Assembly: GCA_044892525.1 (NCBI GenBank)
Contig: CM097885.1
Coordinates: 8,992,001-9,056,000, forward strand
Direction of reading: 5' to 3'
From: Schmidtea polychroa
Lineage: Eukaryota
Length of the DNA: 64,000 nt
A program made the translations under genes and the position numbers. The stretch's first letter is position 1. Each line of letters starts with the position of its first letter. The notes under the pieces are model-generated. The model was not told the DNA's origin and ran no database searches. It worked only from the letters and a program-made list of their open reading frames with translations. Positions 1 to 27,123 of this stretch are shown here, piece by piece.

Positions 1-452
1 CCTCCTATCCCTCTATGACTCCTCCTATCCCTCTATAACTCCTCCTATCCCTCTATAACTCCTCCTATCCCTCTATAACTCCTCCTATCCCTCTATAACT
101 CCTCCTATCCCTCTATAACTCCTCCTATCCCTCTATAACTCCTCCTATCCCTCTATAACTCCTCCTATCCCTCTATAACTCCTCCTATCCCTCTATAACT
201 CCTCCTATCCCTCTATAACTCCTCCTATCCCTCTATGACTCCTCCTATCCCTCTATGACTCCTCCTATCCCTCTATGACTCCTCCTATCCCTCTATGACT
301 CCTCCTATCCCTCTATGACTCCTCCTATCCCTCTATGACTCCTCCTATCCCTCTATGACTCCTCCTATCCCTCTATGACTCCTCCTATCCCTCTATGACT
401 CCTCCTATCCCTCTATGACTCCTCCTATCCCTCTATGACTCCTCCTATCCCT
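1..452. repeat. 20-bp minisatellite (CCTCCTATCCCTCTATRACT)n, ~22 copies, running off the window start
   Basis: Directly visible near-perfect 20-nt tandem unit with one A/G variable position. Confidence 0.98.
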
Positions 453-500
453 TACCCACATCTCATACAAATATATTATATAACTACATATCTCATTCAG

Positions 501-13557
<13,057 letters not shown>

Positions 13558-14765
13558 TTTATTCCTGAATCCCCCCTCTATATATATATGTTTAGTAAAT
13601 ATCGACTCGACTTATGTTTTTGTTCTCATTACATTTCCCTTCATCATTTACCGTATAATACAAAATATTAAATTCAGTCAATTTGAAATTTAATTTAACT
13701 TTTTAAAAACAATCAATAATTTTAAAAATATCAGATTAATAGAAATTGCTTATAATTGACAATGATGAAAGTAAATAAATGTTTACCTTAATGTTAATGT
13801 TGTCTAATTGTAATGAGATTTATAAGGTCTATTCTATGCTTTGACCCTTGTAGCTTATTGAAATGTGAGGGTGACAGGCCTCTAATCTTGCCCAATTTGA
13901 TTTATGATCTGATGGGACTGGTTGGAAATATAAAAAAATCAGTGAATGCAATATATCAATCATAATTATAATTTATTGTGCCATTAGCCCCAATTGAAAT
14001 TATCAATTTTGATATAGGGCCCCTTTTTGTCAGCCATAATTTTATTTCAAAAATTGAACATATGAAAACTACAATTTTATAGTCTTTCCTACAGGTATTT
14101 AGTCAAATTTGAGATCAATAGAATAATCCGAATAAATGAACAAGAAATAGAAAAATATTTATTTAGAATGATTGATCAATGATAAAATAAATTAATTAAA
14201 AAATGAATTATTTATTAAATTCAATCGCTTATTTGGTCTTGGGTAAAGCTATAACGTGTCCATCACAATGTCCATTTTTTGCTTTTTTCTTGATTACATA
14301 ATTATTGCAGTGGGTTACACTTTTTCCCTGGAATTTTCAATACAAATAAATTTTTGCCTGACTATAGAGAAGAGCTCTCGATGGAAGGGTTCTCGCTAAA
14401 AAGCCAAGGATTTCTCTGACTATAGTTTTTGGTCTCCTTGGTCTTAAGATTTTCAATACAAAAAGGAGGTCCTCGCTAAATATGCGCGGTAAATTTTTGA
14501 ATTAAAGCAAATTATGGGTCAAAAAATTGAATTACAGTAAATTACGGGCTCAGATTTTTGAATTATGGTCAATTATTTTAGAACAAATACGATGACTCAT
14601 CATATTTTTAGAACAAAGACGATGAATCATCTGATGACTCACCATAATTTTAGAGCAAAGACAATGACTCATGCGATGACTCATCATATTTTAGAACAAA
14701 GGCATCAAAATTTATCCTATCACTTGATTATTATCACTTGATTATATCTCTGTGTTATTAAAATT

Positions 14766-16900
14766 GTCTGTATCCCCGGCTATGATATTTATTTGGCAAT
14801 TGAACTGTGCTCGATATTTTGACAGTTCAATATATGTAGTTCATACATTCTAAGTTTAGATAAGTCTAGCACTGTTTGACCAATGTAGCTAGGCCTATCT
14901 AAACAAACTACATCTTTATTCAGCAAAAGGGCAATCAAATCATCAGCAATTTTAATTGAACGTCTAAATGTTGGCTTTGAAGTGTATTTAACCAATTTTT
15001 CGGCATTGTTGCACAATCTCAGATTTATTCTTTTCTTCAGATTCTCCACTGTCTTGCCGTAAACACTATTATTTAAAAGTTTATAAAAATCTCTATCTAA
15101 ACTATTTTGTGATTCAGCTCGAAGTTGGGTATTTGTGTTGATATAATCCTTCAATATCGGCTTTTGTGTAAATTTTATTGCCCGATGTATATTGGTGACT
15201 TCCACTCCAAGGGCCATATATAATTTCAAAAGTCTCCAATGAATAACATAATTAGTTTTCGCATGATGGGTTAATAATAATTTTGGTACATTTGAATCTG
15301 GTGGACACATTTTCTCTGCTACGACTGGGAAATCGTCTAATAGGTCGTGGATATTTGACGGGATGACTAAATCAACTTCCAATGTGTATCCATAAGTTAA
15401 ATTTTCTAGTTTCGAACTAATACAGTCAACTAAAATGGATAATAATTCCACTTCATTATATATCCACTCAAAATCGCTACATGGCAAGTATTGGCTTAAC
15501 GCCCACCCATACAGGTTGTTTATATCGATATAAAGCAACTCTGTTTCATCATCTGTTACTGCGAAGTGTTTATTTACAAATGTGAGACCACCACGGATCC
15601 CATCCTCGAAGAAATTATACATCTCCATGTCCATCAGTAATTCCACTGGTTCTTCTAAGGTCATGAGCGCAGATGCCCAAGACATTCCAGGGATTCCAAA
15701 AAAATTGAGTGGCTCGAGTCCATTATGTGCTTTTGATCTTGCTCGAAATTGTTGGAAAAAATCGGCAAGTAAAAACACATCAAGTTTTAAATAAATTTGT
15801 AAATAATCCATTAGAGTTTCGCAACTTGTTTCTTGCCATATTTGTTGCGCTATTATATACTCTTCATTTGTAACGCCTTCCCAAATAGCGGGCAATTCAT
15901 ATGTTGTTTCTAATATTTCCTCACTTGTGGCAAAATCATAAGGAAAAATTCCTTTGTTGTTTATGATGGTTCCAGTATTGAATACTGAACGGGTCAAAGG
16001 CAATTCGTTCAATGTTTTTACTGCATTATGTAATGAAGTATTGACAAACTGATATGAGTCAATAAATCTTATTGTAAATTTACCCAGCCATGCTATCAAT
16101 GTTAAAAATTTCTCTGTGCTTGTTGGTATGCAGCTGAGACTCCAATGAGGAAATTGATTGAGCCCATATTTCAAAATGTGATGTAGATCATACCCTTTCA
16201 GATTATGAAATACGATGGGTAATGTTTCTCTGATTTTCCTTTGTTGATTGCATACATTGCATGAGGCTCCGAGATATTTGCCAGTGAAATGATCATGGTC
16301 TTTCACTTTCTCTGGCATTGGCTTTTTGCACAAGTAACAATTGACAGCTGTGTGGAATTGCAGCTTTTCCTGATTTGTCAAAAATTTCATTTGACAATGC
16401 CCACTTGTCTTATAATAAACCTTCACTATATTGTTGACAATATTTTCTACATCCATCAGAAATCTGTATACACAATCTGGTCCAATAAAATGACTATATT
16501 TCGTTGACCCAGTAAAATTATTTACCAGTAACAGCCCCGCTGCTATAGGTAAATGTTTTTGGTGTTGTCTTTCATCAAGAGGTAAAACAGCTTCGAAGTC
16601 AGCATATATAACAAAAGGCGGAGTTACCATTTTTGACCAGTCATTAAATTTTAAATCTGAGTTTTCTGGCAACGTGTATAATGTTGTGCCCAATTGGTTT
16701 TTCTTGCATAAAGCTACATGCCTGTCAAAAGCATCTTCTCTTCTAAAACCATTTAAACATGTCTCGCACCATCTGCATTGAATACGGACTGGGCAACAAT
16801 GAGTTTTTCTACAATTCATTAATCGCTGTAAATCTGGAACTGCAGTATAGTGGTATTGGCCATTCGATTCTAAATTTATTTTTCACCGCTATACACCATA
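14766..16900 (-). pseudogene. Inverted truncated copy of Polinton protein-primed DNA polymerase B
   Basis: Near-identical reverse complement of the PolB at 27124; 1-nt deletion near 14833 shifts the frame, and homology ends at 14766 inside the GDTD motif. Confidence 0.93.
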
Positions 16901-18716
16901 AAAATGGACAAGGGCAGCATTTAGCTCACTATGTAAACTTTATTTAATGAGTTACAATATTATTGAATGCCCTTAGTTATTTCAAAATTGTTCAATTTTT
17001 TTTTTATCACAATTCATATTTTTGAAATGAAGTTTCATTTATACTTTCATTATTTTTTATAATAAAATTCATGTTGAACGTCTTAATATAGTTAAAAAAT
17101 ATATATATTGTCTAATAAATTTCATTTAAAATTTGAACTTTGTACTAATTTATTATATATGGCCCTTGGAGTGAAAGTCTCAATAATTCTCAATAATTTT
17201 AAGAAATTTATTTAAATCTAAATCTAAATCTAAATATCTAAATATTTACCAATAAACATCTGATTAAATATCATTTTTTTTTACTATTTTAAATTTTCTT
17301 AAACAAAGAACTATAGAAATATGACAATTATTTAACAATCCATATACTTTTAATTTCACTTACATGAAATACTAGAAGTTTCGTGATGCAATCAAATTTT
17401 AAATTAATCTCATCTTAGTTGATTAATGTAAAAATAATATTGCAAATAAAAATTCGATTTTAAAATGAAGTTTTATTTATACTTTCATCATTTTTTTTTT
17501 ATAATAAAATTAAAGTTGATCGTCGTAATATAGTTAAAATAAACTAACAATAACTATATTAATATTGTCTAAAAAAATAATTTCAGTAAATATATTAACT
17601 TTGTACTTTTTTTTTTCAGTTTATACATCAATATATTTGTATTTATGTGATACGTATATTATTTATGCTTCAAAGGACTTGGGCAAAAATTTGAGTTGCA
17701 TAAATGAACATTTTTATCTTCAAATCTGAAATTTTTATAATACAATTAAAATTGTTAATATTATATATTGAAAATCTGAAACATCAATTGTTTTTGTAGT
17801 CATACTTTTCTTTAACAGGTAAAGTATATAATTTCTTCACCTATTTTTCATGAAAATTGTTTTAGAAAATTATTCTCAGAGATATCAAAAGCAGAAGTTT
17901 ATATTTTTTTAATTTGACATCAGTGACAGAATTCTGTTTATTTCTGGTATAATAAATATCTTTTCTATAATTAGATTACTTATAGTAAAAAATAATATTC
18001 CTTATCAATAATTAAAATATTGTCTAAAAAATAATTTCAGTAAATATATTAACTTTGTACTAATTTTAATTAATAATTAATATATTACTAATTTTCATTA
18101 ATTTTAAGAAATTTATTTAAATGAATTCATCTAAATATTAACATCTGATTAAATATCATTTTTTACTAATTTAAATTTTCTTAAACAAAGAAATATATAA
18201 CTAGAAATCTAAGTTAAATTTTGTAATTTACTTACATTTTATCTTCTTTGCGAAATATTCAATAGTTCCAGCAGCACAAGCAACTGAATCATCAACTGAA
18301 TCCTCATTAAAATTTCCTGGAAAAGACAATTAAGAATAAGCAATGAATTATTATTATTTAACTTTTTCGTCCATATTCGTTTGCAGGTATCGAAGTAACA
18401 AAATGTTCTTCAATTATGACACAATCGCTATCTAGAAAATAAATATATATATATATATATATATATTAAAATGAATTAAAAAATAATGAAAATACCATTT
18501 TCGTAATCGATGTCTGTGATCATTATTTCTAAAGTTATTTTGTAATAATGAAAATGTTTATAATGAAAAGCATACTTTATTCTCCAGCCAATTAAAATTA
18601 AGATAGAAAATATATTACGTTGTGGTATTTTAAAATTATTTTGTGAAAAGTGAAATAAATATGTGCTTAAATTAACTATGATCATAATTACATATTTTTA
18701 TTTAAAATAAATAGAT

Positions 18717-18762
<46 letters not shown>

Positions 18763-19074
18763 TTTAAATGTCTGATAATGACCATTTTATTTTACCATTT
18801 ATTTTACCCTTATTTTGATTCGATTCAATTATGTATTATATATAGTAGACTTTCGAATGATATAAAACTTGTGTGTGAGTAAAACCGTCCATTATTTATT
18901 GCTCCTTATCAATGTTTTCATATACAGACACACATAGATTATCTGACCAAAATAAAACAAATATATATATAGTTTTCATAAATTTTAATCAAATTACATG
19001 TATTTTCTTAAAAAATTTTGATTTTACCCTTATTTATTTCCCTTTACACACATGACTAATGAAAATAACATAAT

Positions 19075-19180
19075 GAAAATGACATTGATCTTAAAATTTG
19101 ACCTTAAGTTGACCTCAAAATTTTCTATGACCTTAAGTTGACCTTAACGATGAGTCATCGTGGGCTCACTTCTACCTACT
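19075..19180 (-). repeat. Candidate Polinton terminal inverted repeat (5'-AGTAGGTAGAAGTGAGCCCACG...); copies at 36838-36943 (+) and 41785-41890 (-)
   Basis: Same ~105-bp block in three places with internal (AAGGTCA) repeats; the outer end reads AGTAG, like the AGT-type ends of Polintons; no TSD found. Confidence 0.55.
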
Positions 19181-19767
19181 TAGGTAATTGGTTTCTGGGT
19201 AGTTCACAAGTTTGACCAAACAGACAATGACGTGATTTACTTCTTGTTTTGCGAAATTGCTTATTTCTCTGTCCCTTCATAACTGCTCTTCTGTACTCAG
19301 CTCTGGCAAAATAAAAGTGAATCATCAAGTTAACTTTTTTAATTAGGTCCAGCAAACACTTGACATCCAATCGAAACAAATTAAATTATCTGAGTTTAGA
19401 CTGACTAGTAGTATCCATGTGGATTATGTGTTGACTGTAGTGTGTGTGTGTTAGTATTGTTCAGAAGAAATTGTCTTTGTGAGTGCTTGTGTGAAGGTGC
19501 TTCCGTGAATTAACCTCTCTATACATGCACGCTTGTGAATAGAGCATGTCAAAAATGGTCTTTCTGCAAGCGTGTGACTGCTTGCAGGATGAATTTACAA
19601 TGGCACGTGTGCGAGCATTTTTACTGGGATAGTACTAATACATACAAACAAAAGTTGGGACCTGTAAACCCTTTTAAACAGCAGTCTTTTGCAGGGATAT
19701 TTCATTTTCTAGCATAAGCACAACTTTTTAGGCATGTTTGGAGAAAAAAAAAATTTCGACCCACCCT

Positions 19768-19945
19768 AGTGAGCATGCAGCTATATCAGTATATTTTTAT
19801 ATAGTCTGCAGTGAGCATGCAGCTATATTTTTATATAGTCTGCAGTGAGCATGCAGCTATATAAGTATATTTTTATATAGTCTGCAGTGAGCATGCAGCT
19901 ATATAAGTATATTTCATATAGTGTGCAGTGAGCATGCAGCTATAT
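19768..19945. repeat. ~35-43-bp tandem repeat (GTGAGCATGCAGCTATAT...), 5 units; second copy at 42478-42655
   Basis: Direct. Confidence 0.9.
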
Positions 19946-19952
19946 CAATTAC

Positions 19953-20012
<60 letters not shown>

Positions 20013-20031
20013 AAAACTTTAAACAGCTTGC

Positions 20032-20136
<105 letters not shown>

Positions 20137-20285
20137 CTTTAAACAGCTTGCAAGGTTACTAGTCATGCTTATTATACATTTGATGGTTACAATTTCTACA
20201 TTTTGAAAACTATATTTTGATTGGCTATCACAATTTTATAAATGTAAGAACAAAAGTAATTTAGTTATTAAGAAATTTATTACTA

Positions 20286-20903
20286 ATGATTTCTATAAAT
20301 AAAACTGATGAATGTGTAACACATTTGGTAACTTTATTATTTTGTCAATATTTTTTTTATATATACCATTTATAGCAAGGAAGTCCTACTAGAAATAAGG
20401 AAAAATTATGTCCAACCTATTCCGAAATTTCATTGAAATTTTTTAACAACACAGTTGAAGATTTTATAAATAATCATGATACTTACAGTGATAAGCAACT
20501 CATAAATATTTTAAAGATTTTCAAACATTCCTCTATTGAATATTTGTTTGATTTATTTAATTATGAGAAATCCATTTTAAAGTTATCTTGTTATTTAATG
20601 TACTTAGAAAAAATAGCAGTAAACAATGATTCACTGAATGAATACTTTTGGAGTTGTATGTATTTAAGGTTGAAACCTGGATATAGTAGATTGATTTATG
20701 ATTGGATAGCAAAAACCGATTTGATTGAAAATAAGCTAACGAAAAAACTGAACGAGGTTAAGAAAAGGTATTTAACTTGTTCAATTTGTAAAGAAAATCG
20801 AGTTTCGGTTTTGTATTTACCATGTGGTCATGTAATTGTTTGTTCTAAGTGTCAAGAGAAGAATGTTCGCAAGTGTCAAGCCTGTTCAACATTGATTAAT
20901 TAA
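20286..20903 (+). CDS. IAP/MUL1-like C3HC4 RING-finger protein, copy 1 (exons 20286-20327 and 20376-20903; GAA>TAA removes the last 7 aa)
   Basis: CSICKENRVSVLYLPCGHVIVCSKC..C..C; a 48-nt GT..AG intron joins the upstream ATG in frame. Confidence 0.8.
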
Positions 20904-21078
20904 TATCATACTATATATATTTAGTTTACCTTTGTTAATTTTACATTATTTTATTGTTTAAATAAATGTATGTTTTGTTGATTTGTTGAGCGTGACCAGT
21001 ACCCTTGTGAGCATTACCCATAGGGGGACAAAATATTTTGTCGGATAGACTCGGAGTATATAGACTCGGTGTATATAG

Positions 21079-21157
<79 letters not shown>

Positions 21158-21306
21158 TTTTAAACAGCTTGCAAGGTTACTAGTCATGCTTATTATACAT
21201 TTGATGGTTACAATTTCTACATTTTGAAAACTATATTTTGATTGGCTATCACAATTTTATAAATGTAAGAACAAAAGTAATTTAGTTATTAAGAAATTTA
21301 TTACTA

Positions 21307-21945
21307 ATGATTTCTATAAATAAAACTGATGAATGTGTAACACATTTGGTAACTTTATTATTTTGTCAATATTTTTTTTATATATACCATTTATAGCAAG
21401 GAAGTCCTACTAGAAATAAGGAAAAATTATGTCCAACCTATTCCGAAATTTCATTGAAATTTTTTAACAACACAGTTGAAGATTTTATAAATAATCATGA
21501 TACTTACAGTGATAAGCAACTCATAAATATTTTAAAGATTTTCAAACATTCCTCTATTGAATATTTGTTTGATTTATTTAATTATGAGAAATCCATTTTA
21601 AAGTTATCTTGTTATTTAATGTACTTAGAAAAAATAGCAGTAAACAATGATTCACTGAATGAATACTTTTGGAGTTGTATGTATTTAAGGTTGAAACCTG
21701 GATATAGTAGATTGATTTATGATTGGATAGCAAAAACCGATTTGATTGAAAATAAGCTAACGAAAAAACTGAACGAGGTTAAGAAAAGGTATTTAACTTG
21801 TTCAATTTGTAAAGAAAATCGAGTTTCGGTTTTGTATTTACCATGTGGTCATGTAATTGTTTGTTCTAAGTGTCACGAGAAGAATGTTCGCAAGTGTCAA
21901 GCTTGTTCAACATTGATTAATGAATATCATACTATATATATTTAG
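21307..21945 (+). CDS. RING-finger protein, tandem copy 2 (spliced, apparently intact)
   Basis: Same unit as copy 1; ORF track 21454-21945. Confidence 0.85.
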
Positions 21946-22099
21946 TTTACCTTTGTTAATTTTACATTATTTTATTGTTTAAAAAAATGTATGTTTTGTT
22001 GATTTGTTGAGCGTGACCAGTACCCTTGTGAGCATTACCCATAGGGGGACAAAATATTTTGTCGGATAGACTCGGAGTATATAGACTCGGTGTATATAG

Positions 22100-22190
<91 letters not shown>

Positions 22191-22339
22191 CTTTAAACAG
22201 CTTGCAAGGTTACTAGTCATGCTTATTATACATTTGATGGTTACAATTTCTACATTTTGAAAACTATATTTTGATTGGCTATCACAATTTTATAAATGTA
22301 AGAACAAAAGTAATTTAGTTATTAAGAAATTTATTACTA

Positions 22340-22978
22340 ATGATTTCTATAAATAAAACTGATGAATGTGTAACACATTTGGTAACTTTATTATTTTGTC
22401 AATATTTTTTTTATATATACCATTTATAGCAAGGAAGTCCTACTAGAAATAAGGAAAAATTATGTCCAACCTATTCCGAAATTTCATTGAAATTTTTTAA
22501 CAACACAGTTGAAGATTTTATAAATAATCATGATACTTACAGTGATAAGCAACTCATAAATATTTTAAAGATTTTCAAACATTCCTCTATTGAATATTTG
22601 TTTGATTTATTTAATTATGAGAAATCCATTTTAAAGTTATCTTGTTATTTAATGTACTTAGAAAAAATAGCAGTAAACAATGATTCACTGAATGAATACT
22701 TTTGGAGTTGTATGTATTTAAGGTTGAAACCTGGATATAGTAGATTGATTTATGATTGGATAGCAAAAACCGATTTGATTGAAAATAAGCTAACGAAAAA
22801 ACTGAACGAGGTTAAGAAAAGGTATTTAACTTGTTCAATTTGTAAAGAAAATCGAGTTTCGGTTTTGTATTTACCATGTGGTCATGTAATTGTTTGTTCT
22901 AAGTGTCACGAGAAGAATGTTCGCAAGTGTCAAGCCTGTTCAACATTGATTAATGAATATCATACTATATATATTTAG
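22340..22978 (+). CDS. RING-finger protein, tandem copy 3 (spliced, apparently intact)
   Basis: ORF track 22487-22978. Confidence 0.85.
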
Positions 22979-23132
22979 TTTACCTTTGTTAATTTTACAT
23001 TATTTTATTGTTTAAATAAATGTATGTTTTGTTGATTTGTTGAGCGTGACCAGTACCCTTGTGAGCATTACCCATAGGGGGACAAAATATTTTGTCGGAT
23101 AGACTCGGAGTATATAGACTCGGTGTATATAG

Positions 23133-23217
<85 letters not shown>

Positions 23218-23366
23218 CTTTAAACAGCTTGCAAGGTTACTAGTCATGCTTATTATACATTTGATGGTTACAATTTCTACATTTTGAAAACTATATTTTG
23301 ATTGGCTATCACAATTTTATAAATGTAAGAACAAAAGTAATTTAGTTATTAAGAAATTTATTACTA

Positions 23367-24005
23367 ATGATTTCTATAAATAAAACTGATGAATGTGTAA
23401 CACATTTGGTAACTTTATTATTTTGTCAATATTTTTTTTATATATACCATTTATAGCAAGGAAGTCCTACTAGAAATAAGGAAAAATTATGTCCAACCTA
23501 TTCCGAAATTTCATTGAAATTTTTTAACAACACAGTTGAAGATTTTATAAATAATCATGATACTTACAGTGATAAGCAACTCATAAATATTTTAAAGATT
23601 TTCAAACATTCCTCTATTGAATATTTGTTTGATTTATTTAATTATGAGAAATCCATTTTAAAGTTATCTTGTTATTTAATGTACTTAGAAAAAATAGCAG
23701 TAAACAATGATTCACTGAATGAATACTTTTGGAGTTGTATGTATTTAAGGTTGAAACCTGGATATAGTAGATTGATTTATGATTGGATAGCAAAAACCGA
23801 TTTGATTGAAAATAAGCTAACGAAAAAACTGAACGAGGTTAAGAAAAGGTATTTAACTTGTTCAATTTGTAAAGAAAATCGAGTTTCGGTTTTGTATTTA
23901 CCATGTGGTCATGTAATTGTTTGTTCTAAGTGTCACGAGAAGAATGTTCGCAAGTGTCAAGCCTGTTCAACATTGATTAATGAATATCATACTATATATA
24001 TTTAG
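23367..24005 (+). CDS. RING-finger protein, tandem copy 4 (spliced, apparently intact)
   Basis: ORF track 23514-24005. Confidence 0.85.
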
Positions 24006-24167
24006 TTTACCTTTGTTAATTTTACATTATTTTATTGTTTAAATAAATGTATGTTTTGTTGATTTGTTGATTTGTTGAGCGTGACCAGTACCCTTGTGAG
24101 CATTACCCATAGGGGGACAAAATATTTTGTCGGATAGACTCGGATTATATAGACTCGGTGTATATAG

Positions 24168-24237
<70 letters not shown>

Positions 24238-24421
24238 TCTTTAGAAATAATAATCTTAATAACAAGATATATGGCTCATTCGAAAGGCCTTGGATCGAGC
24301 TTTAAAATGAGCTATCGATTTTTAATTTTCGTTGAAGGGAACTTTAAAAAAAAATTTAAAATAAAATAATAATATTTTTTAAAAATAATAATAAAAATAA
24401 TAATATTTTTAAAAATAATAA

Positions 24422-24815
24422 TATGACCTTGATGACTCATCGCGATGACTCATATGAACTTGAGAATGACCTTGGATGAGTCATACGACCTTGAAAATGA
24501 CCTTGGATGAGTCATGCGACCTTGAAAATGACCTTGATGAGTCATAGGATGACTCAGACGACCTTGAAAATGACCTTGAAAAATTTTGATGAGTCATAGT
24601 ATGAGGCATATGACCTTGATAATTTTTGATGAGTCATAGTATGAGTCATATGACCTTGAGAATGACCTTGAATGAGTCATATGACCTTGAGAATGACATT
24701 GAATGACTCATATGACCTTGAGAATGACCTTGAATGAGTCATATGACCTTGAGAATGACCTTGAGTGAGTCATATGACCTTGAGAATGACCTTGAATGAG
24801 TCATATGACCTTACT
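24422..24815. repeat. ~30-bp tandem array of TGACCTTGA and TGASTCA motifs (subterminal repeat); related array at 44062-44600
   Basis: Direct: repeated ATGACCTTGAGAATGACCTTGAATGAGTCAT. Confidence 0.9.
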
Positions 24816-25182
24816 CATGCACTTGTATTGCATATGTCTTTGTATTACACACCTTAAGGATAGAAAAATATTTCTAAGCGAGATCTAAAGTGAATGTGTG
24901 TAAAGGGCAATAAATAAGGGTAAAGTCAAAATTTTTTAAGAAAATACATGTAATTTGATTAAAATTTATGAAAACTATATATATATTTGTTTTATTTTGG
25001 TCAGATAATCTATGTGTGTCTGTATATGAAAACATTGATAAGGAGCAATAAATAATGGACGGTTTTACTCACACACAAGTTTTATATCATTCGAAAGTCT
25101 ACTATATATAATACATAATTGAATCGAATCAAAATAAGGGTAAAATAAATGGTAAAATAAAATGGTCATTATCAGACATTTA

Positions 25183-25226
<44 letters not shown>

Positions 25227-25417
25227 CTATTTATTTTAAATAAAAATATGTAATTATGATCATAGTTAATTTAAGCACATATTTATTTCACTTTTCACAA
25301 AATAATTTTAAAATACCACAACGTAATATATTTTCTATCTTAATTTTAATTGGCTGGAGAAAAAAGTATGCTTTTCATTATAAACATTTTCATTATTACA
25401 AAATAACTTTAGAAATA

Positions 25418-25469
25418 ATGATCACAGACATCGATTACGAAAATGGTATTTTCATTATTTTTTAATTCA

Positions 25470-25506
<37 letters not shown>

Positions 25507-25717
25507 TTTCTAGATAGCGATTGTGTCATAATTGAAGAACATTTTGTTACTTCGATACCTGCAAACGAATATGGACGAAAAAGTTAAATAATAATAATTC
25601 ATTGCTTATTCTTAATTGTCTTTTCCAGGAAATTTTAATGAGGATTCAGTTGATGATTCAGTTGCTTGTGCTGCTGGAACTATTGAATATTTCGCAAAGA
25701 AGATAAAATGTAAGTAA
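25418..25717 (+). CDS. Putative small spliced gene of unknown function (exons 25418-25445, 25514-25582, 25629-25717 or further spliced); mirrored at ~18230-18523 (-)
   Basis: Three GC-richer blocks joined in frame by GT..AG introns give MITDIDYENDSDCVIIEEHF...RKRNFNEDSVDDSVACAAGTIEYFAKKIK; no recognisable domain. Confidence 0.4.
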
Positions 25718-27123
25718 ATTACAAAATTTAACTTAGATTTCTAGTTATATATTTCTTTGTTTAAGAAAATTTAAATTAGTAAAAAATGATATTTAATCAG
25801 ATGTTCATATTTAGATGAATTCATTTAAATAAATTTCTTAAAATTAATGAAAATTAGTAATATATTAATTATTAATTAAAATTAGTACAAAGTTAATATA
25901 TTTACTGAAATTATTTTTTAGACAATATTTTAATTATTGATAAGGAATATTATTTTTTACTATAAGTAATCTAATTATAGAAAAGATATTTATTATACCA
26001 GAATTAAACAGAATTCTGTCACTGATGTCAAATTAAAAAAATATAAACTTCTGCTTTTGATATCTCTGAGAATAATTTTCTAAAACAATTTTCATGAAAA
26101 ATAGGTGAAGAAATTATATACTTTACCTGTTAAAGAAAAGTATGACTACAAAAACAATTGATGTTTCAGATTTTCAATATATAATATTAACAATTTTAAT
26201 TGTATTATAAAAATTTCAGATTTGAAGATAAAAATGTTCATTTATGCAACTCAAATTTTTGCCCAAGTCCTTTGAAGCATAAATAATATACGTATCACAT
26301 AAATACAAATATATTGATATATAAACTGAAAAAAAAGTACAAAGTTAATATATTTACTGAAATTATTTTTTTAGACAATATTAATATAGTTATTGTTAGT
26401 TTATTTTAACTATATTACGACGATCAACTTTAATTTTATTATAAAAAAAAAATGATGAAAGTATAAATAAAACTTCATTTTAAAATCGAATTTTTATTTG
26501 CAATATTATTTTTACATTAATCAACTAAGATGAGATTAATTTAAAATTTGATTGCATCACGAAACTTCTAGTATTTCATGTAAGTGAAATTAAAAGTATA
26601 TGGATTGTTAAATAATTGTCATATTTCTATAGTTCTTTGTTTAAGAAAATTTAAAATAGTAAAAAAAAATGATATTTAATCAGATGTTTATTGGTAAATA
26701 TTTAGATATTTAGATTTAGATTTAGATTTAAATAAATTTCTTAAAATTATTGAGAATTATTGAGACTTTCACTCCAAGGGCCATATATAATAAATTAGTA
26801 CAAAGTTCAAATTTTAAATGAAATTTATTAGACAATATATATATTTTTTAACTATATAAAGACGTTCAACATGAATTTTATTATAAAAAATAATGAAAGT
26901 ATAAATGAAACTTCATTTCAAAAATATGAATTGTGATAAAAAAAAAATTGAACAATTTTGAAATAACTAAGGGCATTCAATAATATTGTAACTCATTAAA
27001 TAAAGTTTACATAGTGAGCTAAATGCTGCCCTTGTCCATTTTTATGGTGTATAGCGGTGAAAAATAAATTTAGAATCGAATGGCCAATACCACTATACTG
27101 CAGTTCCAGATTTACAGCGATTA

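Noticed and set aside
19768..19945. Regularly spaced GTGAGCATGCAGCTATAT repeats resembling a CRISPR array
   Set aside because: Intervening sequences are near-identical rather than unique spacers; eukaryotic context; no cas genes
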